Assembly: GCA_013265495.1 (NCBI GenBank)
Contig: MU057487.1
Location: forward strand, 558,001 to 622,000
DNA: 64,000 bases
DNA from: Vicugna vicugna
Lineage: Eukaryota
Direction of reading: 5' to 3'
In this document: one piece after another, positions 1-12,764 of the stretch
How the letters are laid out: every line of letters begins with the position of its first letter
How positions within the stretch are numbered: position 1 is the stretch's first letter
Made by a program: the position numbers and the translations under genes
Notes under the pieces: generated by a model
What the model was told of the DNA's origin: nothing
Database searches by the model: none
What the model saw: the letters and a program-made list of their open reading frames with translations, nothing else

Positions 1-329
1 TGTCAAATGGGCTTTTTATTAGCTTCAGGGAGAAAAAAGACAGTGCAAAACTATGTAAACTATGAACACAATTTACCAAACTGCATAGCAGGAAGTTTCT
101 TGAACAGCAGGAGGGATGGCTGTGTGGTCATGACCAGGTAACCTGATGAACGCTGTGTCTCCCTCCAAAACTGCTGGTTGAGAGGAAAAATGTTGAAGAT
201 TGATGTTACATTGGTCTTCATTTCTTTCTGTGAAAATAATTTTTGTCAGTTGTTTTAGACACAGTCATTTTTTAAGCTTGGAAAATAACTCAAGAAAGAG
301 AAACTTTCAGAGAGAATAGATGTACTTTT

Positions 330-772
330 TAATTTTAATTTTATCTATTTTATGTACTTTTTGCTTTATTTTTATGATTATTTTTTTGAAAAAATTTGCA
401 CTTTTTTACAAGCAGTTTTAGGTTCACAGCAAAATTGAGAGAAAAGCGCAGAGATTTCCCATATACTCTTTGCCCCCACATGTGCATGGCCTCCTGTACC
501 ATCAGCACCCCTCATCAGAGTGGTACATGTGTTACAACTGACGAACTTACATTGACCCATCATTATCACCCAGAGCCCATAGTTTACATTAGGGCTCAAT
601 CCTGGTGTTGTTCATTATATGGGTTTGGACAGATGTATAATGACATGTGTCCACCGTGATAGTGTCACTCAGAGTATTTTCATTACCCTCAAAGTCCTCT
701 GTGCTCCTCCTCTTCACCCCTCCTTCTCACCCCAAGGCCCTGGCAACTCCTGATATTTTTACTGCCTCCATC
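330..772 (-). mobile_element. 5'-truncated old LINE-1 3' end (L1MC-like)
   Basis: Decayed T-rich tail at about 330-390 followed by gcagttttaggttcacagcaaaattgag...cccatatac, the reverse complement of an L1MC-type 3' UTR. Imperfect target-site duplication agaatagatgtactttt (313-329) / agaattcatgtactttt (773-789). Confidence 0.8.
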
Positions 773-2637
773 AGAATTCATGTACTTTTAAAGTTTTTAC
801 TGAGGAAACAATGTTAAAATAACAACAGAAATCTATGGGAAATTTTCTCACATTCCCATGACCTTTTCAAATTTGTTTTTCGCTGGTCCTTTCGTTTTTA
901 CATTATAAACTTTTATCTTACACATAACCGTAATTCCTAAACGTTGTAGTGATATTGTTGATCCAATATTGTAATTTAAGTTTTCAATTTTATCTTAGAT
1001 TAAAAAAAATCTTTTTTCTTCTTCTTTTCTCTGTTTCCTTTCTCTTCCCCACATTTAAACCCTGCATTGTCAGCCTGATGCTATCCCCACTGTACCAGTT
1101 ACATGTATTTTACAGTGCTGCTTTATTTAAAATTCCTTGATGTTTATATAGGAATAAAAAGGGCATAATACATATATTCTGTAACAAGGACAGGATCAAT
1201 CAACTACTTTAGGTAAAATGTAAAATGAATCTACGAGATGTTTACTCTATACTGTTAGTCCCAAATGCTGTGTGAGTGTGTAATGATATGCTGTGGAGTG
1301 CACAAGAGTAATAGCATGATGTCTGTGCTCACAGAAATTTGTAGTCTTATGAGGTGATGGGACATATTTACATGATACAATTAACATGATACAATTAAAA
1401 TGATGTAGCATCTATAACAGCAAGATAGGCTGAAATAATGCAGTGCTTAATTATGAGATGCAGAAACTGACAGGATAGGAAAGCCCAGGCTATCAAAAAT
1501 GTGCTGATTGTGAGGTTTAGATTCAGGCAGGAAGACACAGTTCCGGGGGCCCTGCAGCCATGCATCTCAAGGGGGAATCCCAGAAGAAGCAGTGATGGGG
1601 GCCAACACTGTGGCAGAATTTAGGTACCAGCTGGAAAGGGTTTCAAGGAACTGTCAGGAGTCTTCCATCAGCTTCCCTGGAATTTTGGTGGAATGTGTTC
1701 ATCTTAACTTGGAACCCACTTAGAACCATGTCCCACCCTAGCCAGGGCTGTAAGGGTTTGCCCCCACTTGAAGAGAAAGGCACTAGGAGAGGAAGAATCA
1801 ATCTCTGTAGAATAAGATACTATTGTGTTTTTATGCTTGTTTTTTTTTTTTCTAGCTAGGGAAAAATAGTGAAGAGGAAACAATTGGAAAAGGTATTGTA
1901 CAAACCAAAGAGCAGAGACTATTTCACTATTGTGTATGTGTGCCTATATAGTTGCAAATCTGAATTCAAATTCAGAAGCCTGTCATAAGCAAGGGATATA
2001 ATTAATTATTATTTGGATAAATCCTTTTAAGACAGCTGTGCTTAGGAGGCAGACAAAATGAATTTCGATCTCTTAACACGTTGCTTGTTAGTTATGGGGC
2101 TGGGAGCAACCTTAATTTCTTTTACTCCAGAATGAGTCTCAATATCCTCTTCATAAGGCTTGGAGGAAGGTAAGCAGTGTACAAATAGATGTCAGTTTTG
2201 TTCCATTTTCTTTCAGAAGAAAGCTTTCTAACCTTGAACATGTTTATTTTTGAAGATGACTTTGATCTTGTGTAAGTGACAGTAAAAAAATACGGTCTGG
2301 CCAACAATTGCCATTGACGGATGGCCTTAAAGTCAGCTGGTTGATAGAAAAATGGGCTTTCAGAGTGTTCAATAGCTTGGAAGTCAGAAAAAAAAATCAT
2401 AGAACTAGAATGGCAACAGCACACTGTCCAGTTATCATTTCAGGGAAATGAGCATTTCTTTATTTCTTAGATATTCTGAGGGAAGTACCCTTAGACCACT
2501 ACCCTAGACCAGTACTTATTGTGGTGGTAGATTTCATGAAATATAAAAGATAGTTGTGCTCTCCTAGGGGTCCCTCATTATCTGCTTTCTGTAGTTGGCT
2601 GGAGGCTAATGCACCATGTGTTTCAGCCAGTGAGAGC

Positions 2638-3184
2638 TGTATTCGTTTTCTCCGGCTGCCCTAATAAATGATCACAAAGTTAGCAGCTTAAAAGAACACC
2701 CAGTTATCATCTCACAGTTGTGGAGGTCACAAGTCTCAGTATTACTGGTCCAGTTGAGTCGTGTAGTGCCTCATAAGACTCTGGGAATGAATCCTTCCTA
2801 AGCTCTTTTAAGTTGTTGGCTGAATTCTGTTCTTTGCAGCTTGTCCTTGTTTCGCTGCTGCCTGTCAGACAGCAGGTGTTCCTGCAGGTCTCCCGTATAC
2901 TTTTTCGTGCTTTCCATATGACTGCTCTAGCAAGGATGGGTCAGATCCCTCTCGTGCTTCAAATCGCTCCTATTTGTCTTCTCCCCACGTTCCTGACCCC
3001 AGCCAGCCAAAGTTCTCTGTTTTTAAGGCTCTTGTATTTTAGATTGGAGCTGCCTGGTTAATCCAGAATAATCCCCCTAATTTCAAGGTGCTTAACCTTA
3101 ACGACAAAATACCTTTGCCATGTAATATAACATTCATAGCTTCTAAAGATTTGGGCATCTGTAGGGGCACTTCTGCCTACCGCA
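2638..3184 (-). mobile_element. MaLR (MLT1-type) solo LTR
   Basis: Starts tgtattcgttttc...gctgccctaataaatgatcacaaagttagcagcttaaaa...tctcacagtt and ends tctgcctaccgca, the typical reverse-complement MLT1 termini. Confidence 0.75.
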
Positions 3185-5705
3185 ACAAGTTAAAAGCTGT
3201 TACTCCTTACCCACTTTCAAAGCATGTTGCCTTCATAAAAGATACTTCTACAATTTCAGTTACATTGTCTTGGAGGCCATTATTATCTATTATGCCTACA
3301 ATATAACTTCTCTAAGGAGTAGCTGCTGGAATTTGAACAACATCGATGTATCTCAAATATGTGTTTACTAGTTGTTGTTGTTGTTTTTTTTTTTTTGGAT
3401 TCTCTCCTAATATAAGTAACAAGTCTTTTCCCTCATCTCTGTTTTGATTCTTTAGGACAACGGTGAGGAAAGAAGTGAAACATAAATTTTATTAAACATC
3501 CTGGCAGTAATGTGGGCAGGCATAGTTGATGAATCATCTGTCATCTTTTGGTAGGATTCAGCTAGTGGGAGAGACTCGTTGCCTGATAAGATCATTCCTA
3601 TCATTCAGAATGTGCTGCTCCCAGGAAAGAGTTAAACTCCTCCTCAGATGCCTGCAAACAGTGGTTGATTTGGCTACAACTGCTTAAAGAACCTAGAGAC
3701 AAAACCCTCAATCCTGTGGTGCTGATTCCTGCATCCATGTTTTATTACTCATCATATTTTTGCCAAGCTCAAGCAAAAAAAACTCCCATATTCTCTCTCT
3801 TTCTGTTTTTCTCTCTTGCCCCTCTATGTTTATTTCCTTCAAGTCTACAAAGATACAATGGGAAAACCTCAAATCACACATTATTATTATAAAATCCTTG
3901 CTTTCAGGCTGATTTTCCTTCTTCCTCCCTTCTTCATCCTCCCTTTGGCTTTCTCAGTTTTCAGCCATTTCACTGCTAATTAGAGTTCCTATCAGGAAGT
4001 AAGCATTGGCTGAGAGTGAAATATAGGCACATCTGATCCTAATTATTAGCCTTGATGGAAGGTTTACAAAATGAGAAAATGAAAAACAGTGACCAGCAAG
4101 AACTGGGCTCTTTAGTCTTTCTTGCTAGTCCCCAGAATGTCGGTGACAATCACAGGTAGCTGGGTGGCCTTGTCCTCAGCCAAAGGATTAACTTTAGTGT
4201 AGCATTCTGCACATACTTACAATCCAAACTGGAAATGTTGGTGTTTACCTAGATTATTCTTTCTTATTGTACAAGATGAAGAACCTTGACCCAGAAAGGT
4301 TTACTGTCTGGTGCATAGCCACACAACACAAGTACTATGTAAAATTTTTCATATAATGTCTAGAAATTTGAACTTATTATCCTCCTGAATACGTTAGGAG
4401 AAGCCATGGCCAAAATTTGTTAATGACTTACAGTTGCATTGGTCAACATGGAAAAGCTAAGACCTGAATGCAAATCTGCTGTTCTCTCTCCATATACACT
4501 TCCCACCATCCTGTGTCTGGCCAAGTGTGGAAGAGTCCCAGGGAGAGCAGATGGGCTGTAATGAGAGGGGCCACAGGGGGTGGAAATCACCTGATGTGCC
4601 ATTATCTGCATCTTCATATGCTATTAGTATGCCATGATGCTTTTGTTCCCACTAATAAATCACCATAAGCTTTAGGACTTTGTCTTGACAATTTTATTTT
4701 CTCTCAGCCCAAGGCCATCCCATGGTTCTGGTGATATCTGACTAGACCTCATCCTTGCATAAGTTCCTATGTAAAGAATTTCTCTTCATTTGAAAATCTT
4801 TTTCCCTTTGGAATTCAACCAAAATTTAATGAGAAAAATTATCCATTAAGCAGTCTCACTCTTACAGCAAATATAAGTCTCCAGTTGCAGAAGTCTTGTT
4901 GCAGATACTATCTGCCTTCAGTTAAGAATAATTTAGAAGTTGAATAAGAAATCCCTTACATTGACTGACATCTTGAAGATTAAATCTGAAGCCTCTTGAA
5001 CTTCATTATAGCTTCATGAATATTGTAAGACTTTAAAACTTGGCTGTGCTTTTGAAACTCAGCCAGGAAGGTATTAATGGTTGTTAGAATTTGTATTTAT
5101 GTAATGCCCTTTCTTCCAACTGATTTAAAGCACCTAGCTTATTGTTTCAGTCTATCGCCATTATATGCGTATGAGTTGTTAAGTGGAGGCCTCATTCTAT
5201 TTATAAGTAGGAGCCCTAAGGGTCAATAAAGTGACACCAGCTAACAAAGGATACATAATTCTCTATTAGGCATTCTCCAGCTCTGAATCCCTGTTTGAGA
5301 ATAGATGCCTCTTATTTGCATCACACTGCTTTAACTATGCATTAAGTCTCCACTTGGGCTTCAGCCTCATTCCTCTCCTCTTCATTTGTTCACCCACTCG
5401 ATTTCCATCAATAACTTCTTCCTACTTTAAGTTCTAGGACATCATTCTTAATCTTTAAAGTGCATGAGACTCTCCCAGGATGCTCTGGCCTCAGTATTTG
5501 TGGGGTTTTTTTGTTTGTTTGTTTGTTTTTTAATAGAACTATGATGGAGCCCAGGAATCTTCATTTTAGCAAATACATTAAAAGAGTCCAGTGCTAATAA
5601 TAACTGAGAAAAGTGCCTCACTATCAATCATGCTGTGGAGTGGAAAAGCTGGGAAGAGTTTTACCATCTTGAGTTTAGTGGCAATGGTCTAGATTACAGG
5701 CCATT

Positions 5706-6158
5706 TGTCCTAGTTAGGATGAGTTTTTGAGAAGCACGGCTAGAGGCAGAGATTCTTTGGCTAACAATTTATTGAGGTGTGTTCTCAAAAGAAGAGGGAG
5801 GAAATCAGGATAGGGCTGGAGAATAAGCTAGCAATGTCTCAGCTGGGGTCTGATCCAGTCTGATCCAGTCTGATCCCATGAGGATGGTCTGGAATACAGA
5901 TTGAGCACAGAGTTAGTAAGGAGGCTGGCCAATTTTTTGAACTTCAGAGTAAGTCAGTCATTGGCTGAGTTCTTTTATGGGGCACAGAGGGCATGGGTAG
6001 GTGTAGTCTTCCTGATGAGGCATCTCTAGTTTGTTTGAGAGCAAATCTTTTTAGAAGAAGGCAGCTCTGGGTTGTTATCAGTCACACGGCAGCAACTGTG
6101 GTATGTGTATTCTGGCTGTAAAGGTGATCTGGGCAGGGCACCAACTGTATCTGCTACA
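5706..6158 (-). mobile_element. Old ERVL-type solo LTR (LTR16/LTR33-like)
   Basis: TG...CA ends (tgtcctag... to ...atctgctaca) with gagattc...tttattgagg (reverse poly(A) signal) near the left end. Family assigned from memory. Confidence 0.55.
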
Positions 6159-7229
6159 TCTCTCAGCTCAACAAGAATCAAGAATCACCCCAACTTCTCC
6201 TAGTCTTGAGCTCCTGGGTTTATCATTTCCCCACCTTGAACCATCCAGTCTGATACCTAACTCTATATATTTCTGTGTCTGAGTCCCCTCCCTGGTAGCT
6301 TCTATACTATCACAGTTCCTTAAATACTTGTTCTTAACAATCTCTTTTCTAGAGGAATCTTGCCTTACAACTTGGCCATTGAAAGAGCACTGACTCTGGC
6401 CACTGTCAGGTTGCAAGTGTCTGCATGGCTCTTCCATTACTTCTTATTTCCAAGGTCCCAACATGAGTTCTCCCTTTCCTGCTAAAAGTATTTGCCTGAC
6501 TCTGTCCCTAGTTTTAGGAGGGGGTTCTGCATTGCACAAGCCCAGGGTACAATTATTACTGTGTTCTCTGAGAATGATGCCTTCCAGAGACTTGTAACAT
6601 GGTAGCCCAGGCAGTACTCCTTGGGTGCAGGGTTCTACCTCCAAATTAGTCTTCTGCAGCGGGATCTGGCTGCCCACTTCCCAGTTTCAGCTTCTCCCAG
6701 TCTCTCATTTCCCAGGTTCTGCCTGGTGAAATCCATATGATATTAGGAATGCTAGGGATGTTTTTATTTCTACTAAGTTTCCTCTTAGGTTGTAAAATCG
6801 TGAGTGGCCATCTAATGTTATTACACACTCCAGTGTATGGCAAACTGATAATGAAATTGTGTGCTTCAGCAAAACTACTTTGCTTGGTAGAGATATTGCT
6901 AAAATCTTCACAGCACAGAGTGAACAAAGTTGCTGAACTAAATGTAGAAAGTAGGGGACAGAGATATTAAGCCAGCTCCCTGGATCCTGGGATTGCTGAC
7001 TGCACATGACCTGGCCTCATAGGACTATGTGATCTGAGGGGTTGTGTTCAATGGCAGAAATTCAGAAACACTGCTTCTAGCAGCTTTCCTGCCAGGAAAT
7101 TCTTGTTCCACAGAGTGATGTGCTTGGTTAATCAGACTTACATTTTGTATTTACTTACAACAAAATTCACAAAAGTGAAAAAATTATAACTACTTGAAAA
7201 TATTACAATAAATATCATTATTTAAATTT

Positions 7230-7560
7230 AAAACAATGAAGAAATAGACAGGAATACACAATTCAAAATAATGAAATAGATTTACTCTCCCTTAGTAACC
7301 AAAGAAAACAAAAGGAATTATTTTGTACCTCTCAAATTGTCAAATATTTTACAAAATGATAGCATGTAGTATTGTGCAGGATGTGGTAAAATGGACACTC
7401 AAGTGGAGCTGAAGACAGAATAAATGGTACAATTTTTTTGGAGGACAGTTTTTTAATATGCATCAAGTCAAAATAAACATCTTGATTGAAAAGTTTTACA
7501 GCAAAGGATTTATATCAAAAAATGATCAGATACAGAATGATACAAACATTTGTGTACAAA
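7230..7560 (+). mobile_element. Ancient LINE-1 (L1ME-like) ORF2 3' remnant
   Basis: Degenerate matches to the L1 ORF2 end (caggatgtggtaaaatggacactc...taaatggtacaattttttggaggacagt). Boundaries approximate. Confidence 0.5.
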
Positions 7561-7644
7561 CAGGAAAAGTAATAAACTTCTCTGATTTCTAACCCTGAAC
7601 AGATCAAATAGTATTTAAATGCTAGTAAACATATTTTTAAGCAC

Positions 7645-8200
7645 TTAATTTTTTTGGAGTAGATTTAGGTTCACAGCAAAATTGAGAAGAAGGTACAGAA
7701 GTCTCCCATATGCTCCCTGCCCCCAGACATGTGTAGCCTACCCTACTATCAACAACTTCCCCTAGAATAGTACATTTTTTATAATTTATGGGCCTAAGTT
7801 GACACATTGTAATCACCTAAAGTCCATAGTTTACATTAGGACTTGCTCTTGGTGGTATACATTCTGCGGATTTAGACAAATATATAATGACTTCTATCCA
7901 CCATTACAGTATATCATACAGAGTATTTTCACTGCCGTCAAAATCTGTTCTTTGTCTAGTCACCTCCCCCTACCCCTAGATTCTGGAAACCTCTGATATT
8001 TTTACTGTCTCCTAGTTTTGCCTTTTCTAGAATGTCACATGTTGGAATCATATAGTATGTAGTCTTTTCAGATTGGCTTCCTTCACTTAGTAATATGCAT
8101 TTAAGTTTTCTTCGAGTCTTTTGATGCCTTGCTAGTTATTACTTTTTAGCATGGAATAATATTCCATTGTCTGGATGTACCACAGTTTGTTTAACCGTTT
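7645..8200 (-). mobile_element. Old LINE-1 3' end (L1MC-like), same family as 330-772
   Basis: tttaggttcacagcaaaattgagaagaaggtacag...ggaatcatatagtatgtagtcttttcagattggcttccttcacttag...attccattgtctggatgtaccacagttt; visibly homologous to 415-770. Confidence 0.8.
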
Positions 8201-9134
8201 GCTGCTATATTCTTACTGTGGGAGGTAACGGCTCCATTTTACCGAGTTCTGTTGTGTGTGCCGTCAGTTGACTTCTTCATTGATGAAATCACCCAAACTC
8301 AAAGTTTGGAGATTTGGAGAGCAGAGAAATTTGGGGTCGAGTGGGCATGGAAAAGATGGAGCAGGGTTGAAATTACTTGGGTCTGACAAGCTGAGATATA
8401 ACAAGGCTTCTCTTTGGCCTGTTTCAATTCTGAATTTCCTTTGTGACCCAAACCCCAACTAATAGTAAAACATTAACTTCGCTTTTTTTTTGTGTTCTTA
8501 GTTTACCTACCTTCCTCAGAACTTCATGGGTGTCTATGGCTTAGAGTAAGACTCATGAATTTGTGTGTATTAAAAATAGACACTTAGGACTGGACAACCT
8601 TCTAGGAGATAAGGCCTGGATAGGAATGATGGTGCCAGGAAGAATCCTGAGCCTTCTATCCTGAAAGACTATAGGAATGTCCTTTGGCTCATTGTTTCAA
8701 GTCTAAAACTCTCTGACTGGCTATTTAAAGTTCAGTGAATAATAGCTACTATTATTGTTGTCTTCAAAAACCAAGTTAATAAGGTGTGGATACTTACTGG
8801 CTCCTCCACACTTGATATCTGCTCCTCTGTCAGCATTTCCGCTACATCAGAAGCCCCTTCTTCTTCCATCTCCTTTTTCACTCTGTGTCTGACCTTTGAT
8901 TAACAGCAGTCTTATGTCCACCCTCCTGCATGAAGCTTCCCTGTAATTCCACAGTAATTGATTTCTCTCCTCAATCCCTGTCTTTGGAGTTGGACTCACA
9001 CAATTTGACTCTTTAAAATATACACACAGAGGTTGAGATATGGAAACCATGCAGGGCTGAAGGAGTTATTTTCAGAATGAGAATGCATTCCCTGGAGTAT
9101 TTAATTCTTACTCTGTTAAATAACCTAAATGAAT

Positions 9135-9648
9135 TGTGAAGGAAAAGCCCAGCTGGGCTAACAAGCTAAGTCACAAATCTAAGTGCAACAAGTGTCGGAT
9201 TACTGATCTGAGTTCTGCTGGGCTAACTCATAAATCTGAAGTTTAGTGTCAGTCTATTGGGCTAACGAGCTCAGTCACAAATCTAAGTGTGATAAGTGTC
9301 GGTTTACTGATATAAGTTCTGCCGGGCTAACTTGTAAATCTAAAGTTTAGTGTCAGTTTACTGGGCTAACAAGCTAACTCGTAAATCCAAGCTCAACAAG
9401 TGTCAGTAACGTGATCTGTTCCAAATTGATAAGCTCCAGTGTACTGATTCCTTGCTTTTTGTTGTTTGAACCTTATTGGCTAATAGCCCCATACTTGTAA
9501 TTAACCCTATAAAACCTCATGTGCACGTCTTGGAGGTGCTCAGAGCTTCGGAGCAGAAGCCCCTCTGAGCCCGCCGGCGTAATAAATCTGAGTACTCCAA
9601 CCCTCCGAGTGGTGCTTGTTTCTTGGCTGGCCTGTCATTTCCGTAACA
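9135..9648 (+). mobile_element. Young, structurally intact solo LTR (ERV1/gamma-like from its 4-bp TSD), sense to GRM1
   Basis: 514 bp running TGTGAAGG...CGTAACA with exact TSD GAAT (9131-9134 and 9649-9652). U3 tandem repeats, ATTGG at 9475, TATAAAA at 9508-9514, AATAAA at 9581-9586, and retained CpGs. Confidence 0.88.
9153..9407 (+). repeat. 104-bp higher-order tandem repeat (65 + 39 bp subunits, about 2.4 copies) in the LTR U3
   Basis: GGGCTAAC recurs at 9155, 9220, 9259, 9324 and 9363 (spacing 65, 39, 65, 39), each followed by AAATC and AGTGTC motifs. Confidence 0.9.
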
Positions 9649-11075
9649 GAATAAGCTGGCATTCTCATTTTAATTGTATTCTAAAAACCATTAAACATTT
9701 CTGTTATTCCACATCTTCCTTCCCCTTCATCCCATCAGAGAACCAAATGGACATGAGCCTTGAACACCTCTCTTCCAACAGCACCAGTTCACAAGTTTAA
9801 CGTGAACATAATTTTGGTTCTTTGAAGAGTTGAAGAACTTTCTTCCTTACTGCTTCTGACTAAAATAATTGCCTGAACTCCCTCCTTTCATTTTTTACCC
9901 ATTTATACACAGTTTCTTATTTTATTTCTACAGATGTTAAGAGCTCCTAATTTGACTAATGTGTTAAATAGACACTTCATTTATATATATTTGTATTCAA
10001 TGATCTCAAGTAGTAGCTTATAGTCATCATATAGGTTTCCATTTGAATGTTCCTAAATGTGTTCTAACAACCGTCAGTAATAATTAAGCCTCTGTTAGAT
10101 CAGGATCCTGTTCCTGAGCTGTCAGTCATTCACTGTGAGAATAATTTAGATCATGTGTAGGAAATTGTCTAAATAAGTCTTATTACTGCACGAAAATGAG
10201 TAAGGCATGTTTTCATTGCAGATGGAGTCTATTCTGACAAGATGATGGTGGTTTTGCAATTTTCAAGATGAACAGGGGTTGTGTTGTGGTGGATTTCTGG
10301 CAGCAAAACAGCCCTCAGCCATCCTTGCTCTTTGCATCACAAAGTTGACTTGGGCTTATATCTCCATCACATTCTGGAAGCCAGGTGAAATACAAACCAG
10401 CGATAAACCACAATATCCCTTGATACACAAAATCTGCTTTTCCCCCTGACCAATGTTACATGAAGAATTCCACAAATAAATTTTTATGTGGCTCCAGTCT
10501 GTGTGAGCAGTTGTAGGCATACCTGGTGATTCTGATTCAGCAGTTACTGAGGCAAAGAGAAATCACTACTGCCTTCACTTTATAGTTCTGTGAGCTTTCA
10601 AGGGGCACAGCTGAAAAATCAATGCCAAGTGTTCTTAGAGAAGATATTTTTAATGATTTTCCTATTGATCTCATCACTAAAAGAAGCTGTCATATTTGAT
10701 CAATGTGGCAGGGTCATCCTGATCAATCCCTTCCCTGGTTTTCTCTTCCCAAATATTTCTGAGCACATACTGGGTAAATATACATGCCCTGGTTCTAGTG
10801 CTCATTTCCCAGCAAACTAATCTCTGTGTTGGCCTTCTTATCTCTAGTTAAGGGTAGAATTCACCTCTGCTGCTGCCTTTCAGTGAAGGGGTACCAATGC
10901 TGTATCTCTAACCTTATTCAGAGTGTTGTGACAGCTCAGCATGCCCTATGTTAATGAGGAGGCTTCCTCCTTCTCTGTTGAGTTCATTTGAAGAACAACG
11001 CAGAGTATCAGGCTTCAAAATTGTACAGTGCTTTGAATGCACATGCACAGCTGTTTAACCCAAAGCATGTGCAAG

Positions 11076-11106
11076 CACACACGCACACACACACTCACAC
11101 ACTCAT
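11076..11106. repeat. Imperfect (CA)n microsatellite
   Basis: cacacacgcacacacacactcacacactca. Confidence 0.8.
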
Positions 11107-12539
11107 ACATGGGTAAGAAAGAGTTCTGCTCATCACTGAATTTCACATCCAGAACCAGAATTGCCCTCAAATAACACAGGCTTTGGTATAAATCTAGTAC
11201 TTCAGTCTAGATTGCTTCTACCTTCATAATGATTTACAGGTATCCATTGTCCCTTCTTTCAGTCTTGACTTGGTCGTGATAAACCCTGTCCATCATTTCT
11301 GCTCTCTCAGTCTTGAACCTTAGTGGTGAGCAGGTGCCAAGATCTCTGTAACTTCTCCTTCTCTCTAGAGTTGGCTACTTGTTTATGTGCTTTTGAGAAT
11401 CAGATAAGTACATTAAAATATGAGGAGGCACACCGATTTTATCTAAATTCCAAGTCCTAACTGAAGGTAATTTTCTTTGTTACACTAGAAAAAGTTCAAT
11501 CTGAGTACAAAAATGAACAGGGAATAAGTGTAGACAAAGAATCATCTTGACCACATTTGTGTTTGTCTCAGATCCTCATCTAAGAATAACTAGAAACCAT
11601 CAGGGAAAAATCTTGATACATTGCTGAGTTATTTCAGTCCGAGTGAATCCCATGATTGAGGCATCATCCAAAAAGCGTGTAACACCTGGCATCCTAGGAA
11701 GCACTAAAAAGTCCCACAGTCCACAGAAATGCAGCCTCAGAGATGCTAAATTCCATATGTTCCGCAAGTGCATTTTTGATGAGTGTGTTTGATAAGCTTG
11801 AGCAAGGTCAGTTCGCAATGACTTAACCCCAGAAGTCTAAGTTAGCAATCTAGGTTATCTACAGGCGCCGAGCATGGGTGCTGCTCGGGAGAGTTCCTTG
11901 TGATACTTTGGAGCCTCCTCAGTTTGTTCTTCTGTTGTGCCTTCCAAAGTGATATTACCAATAAAGACTGTGTGCCTTCCTCAAAGGCCACTTGTTTAGT
12001 TGGATTCTTAAGTTACCTTTCTGTAGGTATTTCCCCCTAGAAGCAGGTGCACTTTCAACTTTTTAAATGCATGGACAACAATTGTGTCCAGAAGAGTTGA
12101 CCTGCAGCAGTCTGGAAGTGCAGACAATACCTTGGGGAATCAGTTAATAGTTTCTTGTGGTTTTTGTCAGTCTGATGGTCATACAATCTAGAATACTGAT
12201 TCTTAGTGATGGGTTTCCTTCAGAACGATTTTTGTCAGTTGGATTTGGCCTTCTCTATGTAGTAATGAGCAGAGCATCTATAAGGCAAAATCCTGCCTCT
12301 GTATCGACATCATCCATGTGAAATAAATCAGGACAACCTCACAGTGTGACAAATGTGTGGGCATTCTCTTCATACGTTACACATAATCTACAATCAAAAT
12401 CAAATCTCATTCCGCACACACAAATATTTATTAATACAGCATCAAATACTACTTCTGTCTATGAGCCTCCTGAATGTAGAGTCACTCGGGTTACAGCAAA
12501 GCAAGAGAGAGAGCAACCTAGTACCTAAGAGTGAGAGCT

Positions 12540-12720
12540 CTAGAGGCAGCTAGGTGTCAGGCAGTGTGATCTTGGACAAGTCCTTGGATTTCCCACTAGT
12601 AAGCTGGGAATAGTAATATCGCTTATTTTATAATTCACTGTGAGGTGATGTGATAACATATGTAAAGCATCTGATTACATTCCTGTCACATGGCAAACAT
12701 TCAATCATGTTTCCTCTTAT
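12540..12720 (+). mobile_element. MIR SINE
   Basis: gtgtgatcttggacaagtc...gggaatagtaat...gataacatatgtaaagcat...cacatggcaaacattcaat matches the MIR core and 3' end. Confidence 0.7.
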
Positions 12721-12764
12721 TAACTGACACCAGTCAGGTTGGATGCTAATGCTTGTACATATTT

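Noticed and set aside
5848..5876. Short tandem duplications such as (GTCTGATCCA)x3, also about 1370-1398 and 53880-53908
   Set aside because: Ordinary slippage-type microduplications with no functional indication.
415..8020. Similarity between 415-770 and 7665-8020 suggesting a segmental duplication
   Set aside because: They are independent, diverged copies of the same L1MC-type 3' end; the first has its own TSD.
9153..9407. Regularly spaced repeats that superficially resemble a CRISPR array
   Set aside because: The intervening sequences are themselves repeated, the array lies inside a retroviral LTR, and the DNA is mammalian with no cas genes.
9114..9648. Alternative LTR start at TGTTA (9114), inverted to the terminal TAACA
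   Set aside because: Gives no TSD, whereas the 9135 start gives an exact GAAT duplication.
11868..11888. Small GC hairpin ccgagca...tgctcgg
   Set aside because: A 7-bp stem is at chance level with no ncRNA context.
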